Positions 21,601 to 34,800 of a stretch of 64,000 nucleotides of DNA are shown one piece after another (position 1 is the first letter of the stretch; each line of letters begins with the position of its first letter). Under the pieces are notes generated by a model. That model was given only the letters and a program-made list of their open reading frames with translations, did not search any database and was not told where the DNA came from. Made by a program: the position numbers and the translations under genes. This DNA comes from Macrostomum lignano (Eukaryota), in assembly GCA_002269645.1 (NCBI GenBank), contig NIVC01001894.1:62001-126000 (forward strand), written 5' to 3'.

Positions 21601-24385
21601 GCTGGCCGAAACTCGCCTGTAAGTTCAGTAAATAAAACTTGCTAAAATCAATCACCTGTCTAGATAAAAGCATTTCATTTTTATTTAGTCCGGTAAATTA
21701 TAACTTCATAGACCTTCTTTCTATGGAAGAAATCTAACGTAGGTCCAAATGTAGAATTTATAATGAAAGCTAAAATTGAGATATCAGTTTATCTGTTGAA
21801 AAATCTTTCTTTCTTGGAAGATTAACCAAATAGTCGTACTTTTGAGTAGCAACAGCAGAGTTTGATATTTAAAAAATTATATTCTACCATATGCATAGTT
21901 GTAGCTGTAGGAGCAGTTTTTTACTAGGCGGTGGCTTATTCTCACATATTTTTAACTGCCGTAGTCAGTCTATAATAGATGTAGCCATGATTATTGTGCG
22001 TTAAATCAAGTTATTAATGTGAAACTAGGACTCTGGGTTTCATTCATCAAGAATGTAATGTCAGCTGGCATAATATACAGAAATCAATAGGATTAATAAC
22101 AGTGCCACTTTTCCATATTCCCTTGAAATGTATAAGCAAAATTTAGCTTATTTAATTATATTATGTTTTACTTTTTCTGTAGGTATTTAGCGCTGAAAAA
22201 AATATTTTAGCGCTAGAACTAGATTTTAGCGCCTCTGTCTAGATTTTTAGCGCTACAGGCTAGCTCTTAGCGCGACAGGCTTGATCCTAGCGCGACAGGC
22301 TAGCTCTTAGCGCTACAGGCTAGATCTTAGCGCGACAGGCTTGATCTTAGCGCGACAGGCTTGATCTTAGCGCGACAGGCTAGATTTTAGCGCCACAGAC
22401 TAGACTTTAGCCCCACAGGCTAGCTTTTTGTGTTTTTGCACCTAGGAGAGATCTTTATTCATTCTTAGGGGGTCTTTGACCACCTTGACCTCCCCTTGAT
22501 AATCCCCCATTGAGGTTAATCGTTATTTGAGGGAGGGCAGTTGGGGAGGGAATTGAGAATTAAATATTCTCAATCAAGCCCGTTGTTAATTCTCAAACAA
22601 CAACAGACAGCCGCAGTCTAAGCGAACCACAAAATCGGCGAGAGGCGGCGCATCAGCTTCGGCGAGAAAGTTCGCATCAACCGGTAGACGTCAGCGCGAT
22701 GAAGCGGACAGCGACAGTGAGTACAGCGACGGCGAGGACGACGACAGTGAAGAAAGCGATAGCGACGGCGCACACAACGCCGATGAAGGCGATGCAGGCG
22801 AGGCCGTTGATGCCAGCGCCGAGCTGGCCAATCAGCTGTACACGGATGAGGGCGGCCCGCTCGGCCAGCTAGACGCCGAACAGCTGCGCTCGTTGATCGC
22901 CGAGAAGCGAACAGAAATTGACGAAGAATTGGTGTCGGGCGTCGGCGGCGGCAGCGAGGCCGGTGCCAGCCGGGTCAGCAGCTGTTTGCCAGACTCGGTG
23001 CGGGAGCACTTCGAATCCTGCCGAGCTGTGCTCAGCCAGTACCGCAGCGGCAAGCTGCCCAAGCCTGTGAAACAGTTGCCGCATTTTTCTCAGTGGCAGG
23101 AACTGGTCGAACTGTTGGATCCAAACTCTTGGACTGCGGCGGCAATGTGCGCCGTTACTAAATACTTTGCCGCTAAAGGGAAGACGCAGGCTTTGCAATT
23201 CTTCCAGGTGAAAAATGAATATTTTTCTTCGGATATATTGTACAAAGTCGTAGTGGCATTAGCTGTCTAATTGAATCGGTGTGCTTTTCTAATAGCAAGA
23301 CAACGTTGACGGCAGGGAGAAGGGCGCAAAGACTGAAGAAAGGCGGGGGGAGACGAGAAAGGCAAGAGGAGGGAAGAGATATGTGAGAGGGAAGAGAATG
23401 GCGCGAGAAAAGAGAAAAGCGAGAGGGGAGAGAGAAAGGTGAGAATGAGAAGAGGAGGGCGAGGAAAAGTGAGAGGTGAAGAGAAAGGCGAGAAGGGGCG
23501 AAGAAAAGCGAGAGGAGGGCGAGGAAAAGGGAGGGTAGGGTGAGGAAAGGCGAGAGAAGGAGAGAAAGGTGACATGGGGCGAAGAAAGACGAGAAGAGAG
23601 TGAGGAAAGGCAATTGGAGGTAGAGAAATGCGAGTTGTGGCTGTAGCCGGGAAATGAGAAGTGACAGTATCAGATATGACAAACTGAGAAGAAAAATATA
23701 GAAAAGAATACAAAAGATGTTTATCTTTTTACGTAGTGTAGCAGACTAGTCATTTTCACCATTGCTTTGTTAATATAGGTCTTATCGCACAACCCCTGAC
23801 CCTCTCGCGCAGGGCTACTTGCTTCCCCGCTGTCGCGACGACATAGCCGAGTACAGGCGTCTTAACTTTCACTTGTACTCGGCGCTGCGCAAGGCACTGT
23901 TTAGGCAGCGGGAGTTTTTCTGCGGCTTACTGCTGCCCTGGGCTAGGGAGTCGATCTCCCTGCCGGAGGCTACGATCATTGGGGGCCTGTTGCGCCGGGT
24001 CAGCATCCCTGTGAAGTACGCCGCCCCGGCCCTGCACATGCTGCTGCAGCTGCCGTACAGCGGCGGCCGGGCCATTCTGATCCGGGTGCTGCTGGAAAAG
24101 AAATATAACCTACCGGATCCTGTGCTTGGCCAGGCTTTGGCTCATTTTGTTGCTATGGAAACAGATTCGGCCGATCACCTGAACGAGGACGGTCGGCTGC
24201 CGGTGCTTTGGCACCAGGCTCTGCTGGCGCTGGTTGAACGCTACGGCGACTACTTGAGCGGCGACGAGCGGCAGCGCCTGTTGCGGCTGTGCCGGCAGCA
24301 CCAGCATCCGGAGATAACGCCGGCTGTGCGACAGGCTCTCGGGGCGCTGCAACAGCGTGACGCCAGAATGGAGACTGCCGACTAG
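18659..24385 (+). CDS. BYSL: Bystin (40S biogenesis factor)
   Basis: Phase-consistent exons 18659-18793, 21551-21618, 22607-23207, 23813-24385. Motifs PSLADDI, YVDSKLSQKIL, QYRSGKLPK, LLPRCRDDIAEYRRLNFHLYSALRKALF, LPVLWHQALL. Confidence 0.92.
18950..19900 (-). mobile_element. Decayed hAT-like transposase remnant in BYSL intron 1
   Basis: Broken minus-strand reading FLLEYKKAMAPIARALDVFQGKQHCSLGTL resembles the hAT EY..VM.P.A.ALD.LQG motif; many stops; boundaries uncertain. Confidence 0.45.
22190..22425. repeat. 20-bp minisatellite in BYSL intron 2
   Basis: Unit TAGCGCGACAGGCTAGATCT and variants. Confidence 0.9.
23320..23620. repeat. Degenerate purine-rich repeat in BYSL intron 3
   Basis: Recurring GGCGAGAAG/GGGCGAGGAAAA motifs. 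Confidence 0.6.
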
Positions 24386-25332
24386 ACGTGGCGTTGCATG
24401 CTGCTACAGCTCGCTTGCTTGATTAAAATTGCGAGAATAAAAAAAACACTAAATTTATTAAATTTTGCATATTTGGAAATCAGCTTTTGGTTTAAGTTGT
24501 TTTTTATTTCTAGTCGAGTGAGAGCTTAGCCGATTCGCCAACAGCAGTGCAAGTTAAGCAGTAGCAGTTTGAGCTGCAGTAGGCATACTAATCGCCTTTA
24601 CAAGCTTGAAAATTAACATTTTCGAACAAATACAGTGAACTTAACAAGTTTGAAAGGGGCTGTCAACTTAAGCTCATAATGTGGAGCCCGAGTAACTTAA
24701 TTTACACAAATGATACGTAGAAGTTGGATTTGCAAAAAGTTACAAAAATTGGACCTGGAATAGGAGAGAACAAGCAAGGGGACAATTAGGACTATTATGT
24801 AAACTTAAGCTCATAAGTTGAAGTCCCTAATTTAGCTTGGGAATGGTTAGATCTCAGTCTAGTCAAGGTCCCATCAACATCGGCGTGTCTTATTGTGTGG
24901 CTCTGGTCTCTATAGGCCCTTCCAACTGACGATTTTAGGATTTGACGTCAGTCTTTATAAAAGCAAAATGGTTATAAAAGGGTAAGAAAGGCATGGAATA
25001 ATTACAGTGACAGGCAGGCAAAGCGCATTCCGATACGCCTTGTGCTCCGACTGTGACCCTGACACCGGGGCGTACCGGGTAATTAGGCTGAGTGGTATTG
25101 ATGCTTCCCATTTATAATTACAGGTAGGCGGAGAAGCGGGACAGCGATTATTGTTTTGCCTACCTGCATCGTTTCGCGCCTAATTTGATGGAAAAGCATT
25201 GGTTCAATTTTCAAAGAGCTGCACGCAGTGCCTTTAATTTGTGTGCATTAGTTGACTCCCTCGGAAAATTGAGTTTGCTGAATCGGAAGTTGTACCATTC
25301 GAAAACTGCCGCGCCTTCCAGTTTAAGAAGAC

Positions 25333-25996
25333 TCGCTTGAGTTCCAACCGAGTGAGGACAATCGCTTGAGTTCCAATTCAGTGAGGACAATCGCTTGAGT
25401 TCCAACCGAGTGAGGACAGTCGCTTGAGCTCCAATTCAGCGAGGACAGTCGCTTGAGTTCCAATTCAGTGAAGACAGTCGCTTGAGTTCCAATCATCGAA
25501 GACAGTCGCTTGAGTTCCAATCATCGAAGACAGTCGCTTGAGTTCCAATCATCGAAGACAGTCGCTTGAGTTCCAATTCAGTGAAGACAGTCGCTTGAGT
25601 TCCAATCATCGAAGACAGTCGCTTGAGTTCCAATTCAGTGAAGACAGTTGCTTGAGTTCCAATTCAGTGAAGACAGTCGCTTGAGTTCCAATCATCGAAG
25701 ACAGTCGCTTGAGTTCCAATTCAGTGAAGACAGTTGCTTGAGTTCCAATTCAGTGAAGACAGTCGCTTGAGTTCCAATCATCGAAGACAGTCGCTTGAGT
25801 TCCAATTCAGTGAAGACAGTTGCACTTGCTTGAGTTCCAATTCAGTGAGGACAGTCGCTTGAGTTCCTATCAGCGAAGACAGTCGCTTGAGTTCCAATTC
25901 AGTGAAGACAGTTGCTTGAGTTCCAATTCAGTAAAGACAGTCGCTTGAGTTCCAATCATCGAAGACAGTCGCTTGAGTTCTAATTCAGTGAAGACA
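25333..25996. repeat. 28/29-bp minisatellite with two interleaved variants
   Basis: GACAGTCGCTTGAGTTCCAATTCAGTGAA and GACAGTCGCTTGAGTTCCAATCATCGAA. Confidence 0.95.
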
Positions 25997-26597
25997 TTCT
26001 ACAAGACACACCTAAACCATAAGAAGCTGTCTATCTAGCATATGAGAGGTCCATAAATCAGAAATCGGTGTATTTGCAATCTAATTACAAAAGGATTGAT
26101 AGCAAACCTGACTGGCAACGCGCTTACCGCTTTTGCTAGATGTATACTCAACAACATTAGCATACACTTATTACTGAATATGATTGCGCAGTAAATTCTA
26201 ATTGACTTTTGAGTGACGCAACTTGCGCCACGCAACGCAGAATTGGGCTGGGTTTGGAGGGATTGGGAAGAGCGGAAGGCAAAGATTAGATGGATTGAAG
26301 CTTCCGCCCGGTTTTCATTGTTTTTTCTAGCATTTTTTAATATCAATACGCTCGTAGTTGGCAATTTCCAAGCCTGTTAGTTGAATCTCGGTCAAGTCTG
26401 CATGAATTTCTCCTCTGGAGGGTTTGGGTGGCAATAAGAGAACTCTCGCCCTACCTATAGTCTTAAGCAACATTGATGGCTTCAGCCAATCCGAGCAAGA
26501 AAAGAGCGGTGCGCATAGATGTTAAAAACGATAGGGCTGATCCTCTAAGTCTAGGATTGATGGAAAAAGTCAAGCACTCAGATTCCAAAACTGCGTA

Positions 26598-27426
26598 ATG
26601 GAGAAACCAATACCTATCGCTAAAAGTGGGACACACGACGATCTCAGCACAAGTGGGTGCCGGCAGCAGCAATGCAAACAGCATAACGTGCTCCATCAAG
26701 ACCAACAATATCCGCATCTGCTCTTACCGTGCGAGCAGGAGTCGAACGAGCAGCGGCAGGTGACGCACAAGACTAAGCACATGATGGCTAAGCGGAACGC
26801 CAGGGAGAGGCAGCGCGTCAAGGCTGTAAATTTGGCTTTTAGTAGACTTAGAAGGTAGGATCGATAGTACGGCAATCGTTCCGTGTACGTGTTGCATGTT
26901 AGTGCTGATGCGAATATACAAATGTTTGAATGACGGTGCGTGTTTTGAGTGCATCTTATAGTGTGATAAAATTTCTTGGCTAAAAGCATCTCATTTAGGG
27001 TATTCTGGTGACCGGCTTGAAAACTAGTTTAATGAAGTGAGACACAAGTGTCACAAACGAAGGGACATTAAAGCACTGCATAATCAGACACTACAAAAAC
27101 GGGACCTGCATGCAGGGAATGGCATATTGAAAGGATCTGAAGGGACCTGCATGCAGGGAATGACATGAAAGAATTGGAAGGGAAACGCACAGTCCTCATG
27201 CTGAACCCGCAGGCACATCCCGTACGAGAACAAGGGAAAGCGGCTATCCAAGATGAAGACGCTGCGCATAGCCATAGACTACATCCGGCTGCTGCAGTCG
27301 GTGCTAGGCGAGCTGGACTCCGGTGTTAGCCCGGGCAGCAGTGCCAGCTACCGGGCGCTGCTGGCGCTGGCGCGGAGCAAAGAGGCGCCGCCCTGTTTTA
27401 TTTGGCACGGCGGCGGCAACGTTTGA
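26598..27426 (+). CDS. Achaete-scute family bHLH transcription factor
   Basis: Exons 26598-26854 and 27213-27426 join in phase 2 to give KRNARERQRVKAVNLAFSRLRRHIPYENKGKRLSKMKTLRIAIDYIRLLQ. Confidence 0.85.
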
Positions 27427-28764
27427 GAAACACTGAAGCGTGTTGAAGCGGTTAACACTGGATTTTAGTGTACATACGAGCGTATCATATAGTCATGGCT
27501 TGAAATAGTAACAAAAATCGTTACAATGCACACATGTATCACTCATTAACAGCATCGGTTTATTGAACGTTAAATGCATGAATAAATGTGCAGTGCATGC
27601 ATGTACGCGCGGGTTAAAAATCAGCATAGACTACTACACTTTAATCTGAATTAAACGGAACTTTAATGAACGTACAGTTAGTCTAGCGGTGAAGGTTATT
27701 CCGTCTATCCTACCAGCCAAGAGATAAGAGACACACCCCTTGGTGATTTGGGATGAATATACTTATAATCATTAAATTGTGTTCGGTCTTAACGATCCAT
27801 GCAGTGTCCAGACCGCTGCACATTGTTGTTGTCGGTGTGCATGAGTCTTCTCTAGTGCCCTTTAAGGCGTTAAGGCTGAACTATATGTGCTACAATTCAT
27901 GTTATTGAACAGATGAAAGCTAGCCTAGACGTGAACAGACTGAACTGCTAATGCAGCGACGTGGGTTCGAATCATAAGAGTGTAATTTTTTTATTTAAAG
28001 CTTTTTTAATGTCCAGAAAACTTAATAGAACTTAATGTGAAAAATAAAAGAAGCGTCATGTAAAACATACGAGAAGTGAACCTCACACTTCGTAAAAAAA
28101 GTGTCATGTGACAAATAAAAGGAGCGTCATGTAGACATACTGTAAAATAAGCGTCATGTAAAAATGTGGGATGTGAGGGCTCACTGGGGGATCGCTAAGA
28201 TATCAAAGCTGAGATGTCAAGGCTTACGGGGGGGGAATTGCTGAGATGTCAAGGCTTACGGGGGGAATTGCTGAGATGTCAAGTCAAATTGCCTTGCATA
28301 TTCAAAACTTTATTAGTTGAGTACCTTCATTGTCATTCGATGAAAGTTCTATAGTGCGGAAATTTCCAAATCACGCCATCCTGCAGCGGCACCCTTTAGC
28401 TGCCAGCTACTTACTTGTTGTGCAGGTCGAAGTGGGCTATAGTACTACTGCACTGAAGGAAAATGAGTGCATCAAATTTGCATCCAATTAGAGTTTGGAT
28501 GACACATTGGGGTGGGGTGACACATCCAAAGGGAGCGCATAAAAATGGGGTAAAAGGGGTGCTCAGAAAGGTATTTAAAAGCCGACAGCCGCGCCCTGAT
28601 GCTCAGCAGATAGCTTTCGCAAGCAATAAAAACTGGTTGAAACTTCACTGTTTACCTTGGACAGGCCAGACGGTAAGCATTCTGGTTTATAACTGTATGA
28701 GCTAAATATGCCAAATCTCAAACTTTTTCTCGGAAACTTGTTTTTCAGAAAGCAAATCTTCCCG

Positions 28765-30389
28765 ATGGTCCGCTGGGTCCCAATCCTCGTACTGCTGTGC
28801 GCCATCCTGCACGCTATGCGGCCCGTGACCGCGGCTGTGGACCAAACTCTGCAGCCGAAAGCTAAAGGGGCCGACGTGGTCCGAGCCACAGTTCGCAAGA
28901 TCCGCAACAGCTGCATCTTTCCCAACGACTTAGGATTTCTATTGCGCGTCGCATATGTGGATTCGAAATTCGGCCTCAACGCCAACACGTTTCGTTCCGA
29001 CGCTGATGGTTTTGGCAAAGGCATCTGGCAGTTGGACAAGATCGGCTTCGACGACACCAAACTCGGAAGCAGTACAAAAAGAAACTTGGTGAAGGAGAAG
29101 TTCGGAATTGACTGGACAACTATGACATACGCATCCGCTAACATGAACGTGCCGCTCTACAACGCTCTTGCTGCGCGACTGCTGCTCTCTCGAAAACCGG
29201 AGGCGATTCCATCTGGCATTGAAGCGCAGGTCGACTATTGGAAGACCTATTACAACAGTGGCGCTGGCAAAGGCTCTGTAGATAAATTTATCAACGACGT
29301 CAAAAGCATACAGCCTTGCAGTACCGTTGGTGCCGACCTGCTATTCATCCTGGACGCTAGCGGCAGCATCGGATCCAGCAACTTTCAGCTCATGAAGCAG
29401 GTGCTGATTGCAGTTGCTAATAAATTATCGATTGGTCCCGCGGCTACGCAGGTGGCTGTGATCACGTTTTCCAGCCGAATAAATGAGACGATCGAATTTG
29501 GCCAACATTCAACACTGAGCTCTTTGACTTCGGCCATTCAAGCGCTGTCATACGTAGGCGGAGGCACGTACACAAACCTGGCATTGGATCTCGTAGGATC
29601 CACGTTCCAGTCTGCTAGACCTCTGAAGGAAGGCTTTCCCCGGCTGCTTATCGTGCTGACAGACGGTGGATCGAGTGACCGTGAAGCCACTCGCCTGGCC
29701 GCGAACAGACTTAATGCGTACAGCTGGCTTGAGCGCTACGCCGTTGGCATGGGATCGGGCGTAAATAAGGATGAACTGGAAACCATTGCGTCATGCTCGC
29801 ACGTTTATATTATACAATCTGTCAGCGCTATCACCGGCCTGACGGACGATCTTTACGAGCTCGCCTGCCAATCGTCGGTTGCGCTGCCTACGGACAATGC
29901 CGGCTTCGCAACCATGTCTGGAACGCTCCCACCGGGCACGCCTCGGAATGTGCGCGACACGGCGGTCTCTAGCGCTATCGGAAGAACCTACGCTCTGCAA
30001 GTGATTTCCGGTCGAGCTAATCTCTACGTGTCCCTCGGCATGGAGAACCCGAGCTCCGCTGTCAATGACTACTCAGCGGAGGCGACGCCAAGCCGATTGG
30101 AGTCGTGTTTGTCAGCTCCGCAGACCTGGCAGCCTCGTCCGCTCCGCTGAGCAGGCGCAAACGTGAGCTGTCCAGCAGCAGCAGCAGCAGCAGCTCCAGT
30201 ACCGTTCTGTACCTGTCGATTGTACCCGAAGAAGACAGCGGGTCGGTGATGTACACGCTCGAAGCTCGCGATGGCGACACTCGCTCGCTTTATCAGAATT
30301 CGATCGCCGGCGGGCCAACATTGCTGCACTGGCCGAAGCTGGCTCTGCTCGCGGCCATGGCGATTGGCGCGATGGCGCTGTTTGATTGA
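28765..30389 (+). CDS. Secreted, probably GPI-anchored protein: lysozyme-like N-domain + vWA + C-terminal domain; one frameshift near 30090
   Basis: Signal peptide MVRWVPILVLLCAILHA; intact MIDAS (DASGS, GGT, TDG); hydrophobic C-terminal tail in the 30105-30389 frame; 5'-UTR intron 28675-28748. Confidence 0.8.
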
Positions 30390-31832
30390 GTCGCTTCAAC
30401 TGGAAAGTGACAAGTGACGCTGTTTATACTTTAACTTTAATATTCCAGAAAAATTAGCCACACGTACTTTTATCGCAAACTAACACTAAGCTTGTTATTC
30501 AGATGAAAACTTAGCAACAGAACTAACAAAAAACTAACACAAGTGCCCGTATTTTCTCATAGCTGCGACGACAGCCGACCCGCAGCCAGCCAGAAAGAGC
30601 AGAAGACATGCCCATTTTCCTCTGACTAAATTTTTCATTATATATATTTTTTTTCAAAATTCTCCACGAACTCTAAAACAAATATTTGCTTTCGGTTTCT
30701 AACATTTACTTTTCCAAATTTTTTAACACTGCTTTACGAATCTTATTAAAACAAAGCGAACGCAGAAAATATTTAAACTTTATTTTTTTATTGACGCAAA
30801 AATTAAACTAAGCAAAAATGTACTGCACCTAATTTTTCATATTTAAAAAGAAACAATGAATAAATATATGAATGAATGTATTTTGGGATTAGAAAAGTAT
30901 TGCACCTTACCAAATAATGCTTTTTATAAATATCGGGAATCAACGGAAATAGACGCACTCGTGCACTTTTACACGCGTGAGCAAAAAGAAAAATGACTAA
31001 CCCTCACTATGCAGGAACAAAAGCTCAAATTATCATGTACCTTACATACTCGTACATGTATACATATTGCTGTGCTTAAATTATTTTAACAGCATATGGA
31101 CAATCATCTCCAATGCAAGTCCTACATGAAGGTATTAAAAAATGCCAACTGGTAAACACACAATACTAATTACTTTCGAAACATATCGGCAATAATAACT
31201 ATGTTCCTTTCTGCAGTACTGCACTTCACTTAGATGCAGGGAATGAAATTCGGAAATCGCTGACAAGAAAACTTCTGTACAGTGCGACAGGAAAATATCT
31301 ACTTTCGATACATATCGTCATTTACCTATGTTAATTCTACACCCACGAGTAGGTCTTAACTGCTACATATACATACGATGTAATTTAGCTTACAATGGCC
31401 GTCCGGAAAATCAATCCAAAATAGGAGCTACAACTACTGTCTGAAAATTTCCAGAATAAACAATTTCGATACATGTCGGAGAGCAATAAAAATCGCCCCA
31501 ATTTTATACTAGATGCTCACACACGCAATAGGTCCTGAAAATCAGACAGCAAAGTTGACTAACCGCCGTCAGAACAAAATCCCTCCGGCAACAAATAAAA
31601 GTCGCCACTCCCTACATCAGGGGCCGCGAAGCCTCTCTAAGACCCTTGGGTCCTTTGAAACTTCGCAATAGCAATCCGGCCTGCTGAAGGTTTGTGTCAC
31701 TTCTCAGCTCTCTTCCCTCTAATATCCTCTCTCTTATCTCTTCCCTCCCCTCTCTCTCCCACTCTGGCCAGCAGTCATGCGCCAGATTCTCTATCTGGCC
31801 CTTGAGGTACAGAAAGTTTGCCGACCCCTGCC

Positions 31833-34800
31833 CTAAACGCACGCGTAGGTCCTGGGCGCAACGCAGATAATTTGACTGTCCTCCGCCATTCGGTCCAGCA
31901 GGCGGCGCAGCCCGGCCTCCGTCAGGCCCGGGTAGCAGCCGCGCCGCTCCCTCCGCAGCCGGCCCAGCAAGGCCAGCTCACTGACTCCGCCGCCGCTGCC
32001 CGTAGGAGCCGCCGCCGCCGCCATCGACGCCGATGCTCCATCTCCTCCTGTTGAAGCGTCTCGCAGATGGCGCAGCGTCGCCACAATGTCCGCCCGAAGT
32101 CTCGAGTCGGCCTCGCACAGCTGGTACTGCTGGCGGCCAGTGTCCTCGCATAGCCAGGCCCGCAGCTGGCCGGATGCGACCAGCGGATCCAGCAGCCCCG
32201 ACTTGATCGCCTGCTTGGTGCCAATCGACGACAGCCAGTTGGCGCTGAGCAGCAGATCCGGCAGAGTGAACTGGTGCAACCGGTGCGCGCGCAGGTGCTC
32301 AACCAGGCGCTCCTGAGACTGAGTCTCCTGGGAGATTGTGTTTTCGTTATTGAAACTGACTTTAAATCAGTTAGAGTTGCTTGTTTGGCGATAAATTAAA
32401 ATAGAAAACTGAGAATCCGAATTAGGGCTTCGACGTGTTATGAATTTCTGTACACTAAAGCCTAACCTCCTCTAACCTCAACACCCAGCTTATTTCTGTG
32501 TTTCATCAGAGAATACACTTACTGTGTTTGTTACATTTTAATGTCGAAAAAGTTGCATAATAATGCCCGATACATACGGTACAGCCGGGGCGTCGCCACA
32601 AAGGGAAAGGGGACATGTCCATGTCTTCATGTCTTCAGGACGCCTAAATGAGTGCCTGCGGCGCCTAAATGAGTGCCTGCGGCGCCAAAATGAGTGCCTG
32701 CGGCGCCTAAATGAGTGCCTGCGGCGCCTAAATGAGTGCCTGCGGCGCCAAAATGAGTGCCTACTGTGCCAAAATGAGTGCCTGCGGCGCCAAAATGAGT
32801 GCTTGCGGCGCTAAAATGAGTGCCTGCGGCGCCAAAATGAGTGCTTGCGGCGCTAAAATGAGTGCCTGCGGCGCCAAAATGAGTGCCTGCGGCGCCTAAA
32901 TGAGTGACTGCGGCGCCTAAATGAGTGTTTGCGGCGCCAAAATGAGTGCCTGCGGCGCTAAAATGAGTGCCTGCGGCGCCTAAATGAGTGTCTGCGGCGC
33001 CAAAATGAGTGCCTGCGGCGCTAAAATGAGTGCCTGCGGCGCCTAAATGAGTGACTGCGGCGCCTAAATGAGTGTCTGCGGCGCCAAAATGAGTGCCTGC
33101 GGCGCCTAAATGAGTGTCTGCGGCGCCAAAATGAGTGCCTGCGGCGCTAAAATGAGTGCCTGCGGCGCCTAAATGAGTGCTAACAACACCAATTCCCAAA
33201 ATAATGTAGGAATTTTTTCATGTAGAATTCCTGACATTGTCCCCCATCATAAAAGCCGTTTTGATGGTTCCAGGCTAATTAGTAAATGTGACGAGGTTTT
33301 GTTCGAAATTTAAATTCATATTGGCTTCTCCGTTGCGTTAATTTCGGCCCTGTAATCTGATTTGATAGCCTGTCTACTAACGGTAGTATATACCGGTATG
33401 GAGATACGCAGCTATACATGTGAGCGAAGCGGCATCACAACGTTTTCGCATCTCTTTCACTCTGTAGTAACGGAAAAAGACTTAGGTTCGATTTTATTGA
33501 GAAGCCAATAATGCTGCAAGTATTGTATAAGCGAATGCAACTCAGCGGCAAACGCGTTCCACTTTCGCGCATCTCTTCGTCCAATTCTCTCCTATTAGGG
33601 CTCGCCCGAAGGCACAGAGCGTGTGTGCTGAATAGCCTTAGCGTTGGCGTTGTGACAGGATGCCCGCAACCCTCCTGCGAGCATTCATGTACATGTATAT
33701 TTATCTACAGGCCGAGTTCTCACTCACCCGGTGCCTGGCCGCCTCAGCCAGGCGAACCTGCCTGCTCAGCCCGTCGGGCAGCCGCAGCCGCAGGATGTAG
33801 CCAAACTGGCAGCTCGGATCGGCCAGCTGGGCCAGCCTGCTCAGCCTGAGCAGCTCCTCGTCAGGCTCGGCCATCCGATGATAGCCGCAGCTGAGCTCCC
33901 GGCTGCCGCGGAATTCCCGCACCAGGCCCCTGGCGTGCAGGCTGAGGCCCGGCCTGGGCGCCGGCTGGGCCGCCTCGGCCGCCTGCGTCTCCGCTAGCAG
34001 CAGCTCAGCCAGGCTGTCCTCAGCACCCAGCGTTGTCAGGCCGGCCAGCGCGGCTGTTGCGACGGCGCTGCTATCGCCGTAGGAACTGCCAGTCGTGGTT
34101 GCTATGGCAACCGCGTCGAGCTGCCTGGCCGCTCGGAAACTGTGCAGCGACGGCGGCGGCGGCTGCCGCGGCTTCCACAGGGTGCAGCCGATTGAGCCGG
34201 TACCGTCGTCAACTGCAAGGAGGAAGATGGGACGACTGCACTCAGATACTGGCAGTTTGGGAAGGGGGGCAGGGTATGATTCAGATAGGGCTGATGGCCA
34301 ACTCCTAATCCTCAGTGAGTCGCTACGATCACATGACCCTTTAGTGAGTCGCTACGATCACATGACCCTTTAGTGAGTCGCTACGATCACATGACACTTT
34401 AGTGAGTCGCTACGATCACATGACACTTCAGTGAGTCGCACCTACCCTCAATATTTCAGTGAACCGCAACTATGCCAAGATGAATCAGGGAAGTCGCCAC
34501 TATCCCCTGACACTAGTGGGCTGCCACTATTCCGGGACTCAAAAAGCAGCAACTACACCAACTACTAACAAGTAGCATAACTACGAGTAGCAAAAAAGTA
34601 TCTTTTACGGTAAATCCAAATTGAACGTGAGACAGGGCAGAGGTGTGCACTATTATTGCTAATTATTAAAACTCAGCTGTGCGGGTGTGGCACAAAAACT
34701 TCGCTCACATCTGGTTTGGCCCACCGCCCCCCCCCCCTAGTCCGCGCGAACTCACCCAGGCACTTGAAGTAACCGTCAAACTCCGTAGCCGAACGGCACA

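Noticed and set aside
27921-27975. tRNA-like A/B boxes (also B-box fragments at 9462-9487 minus and 47870-47890 plus)
   Set aside because: No acceptor stem or full cloverleaf; at most degenerate SINE or tRNA fragments.
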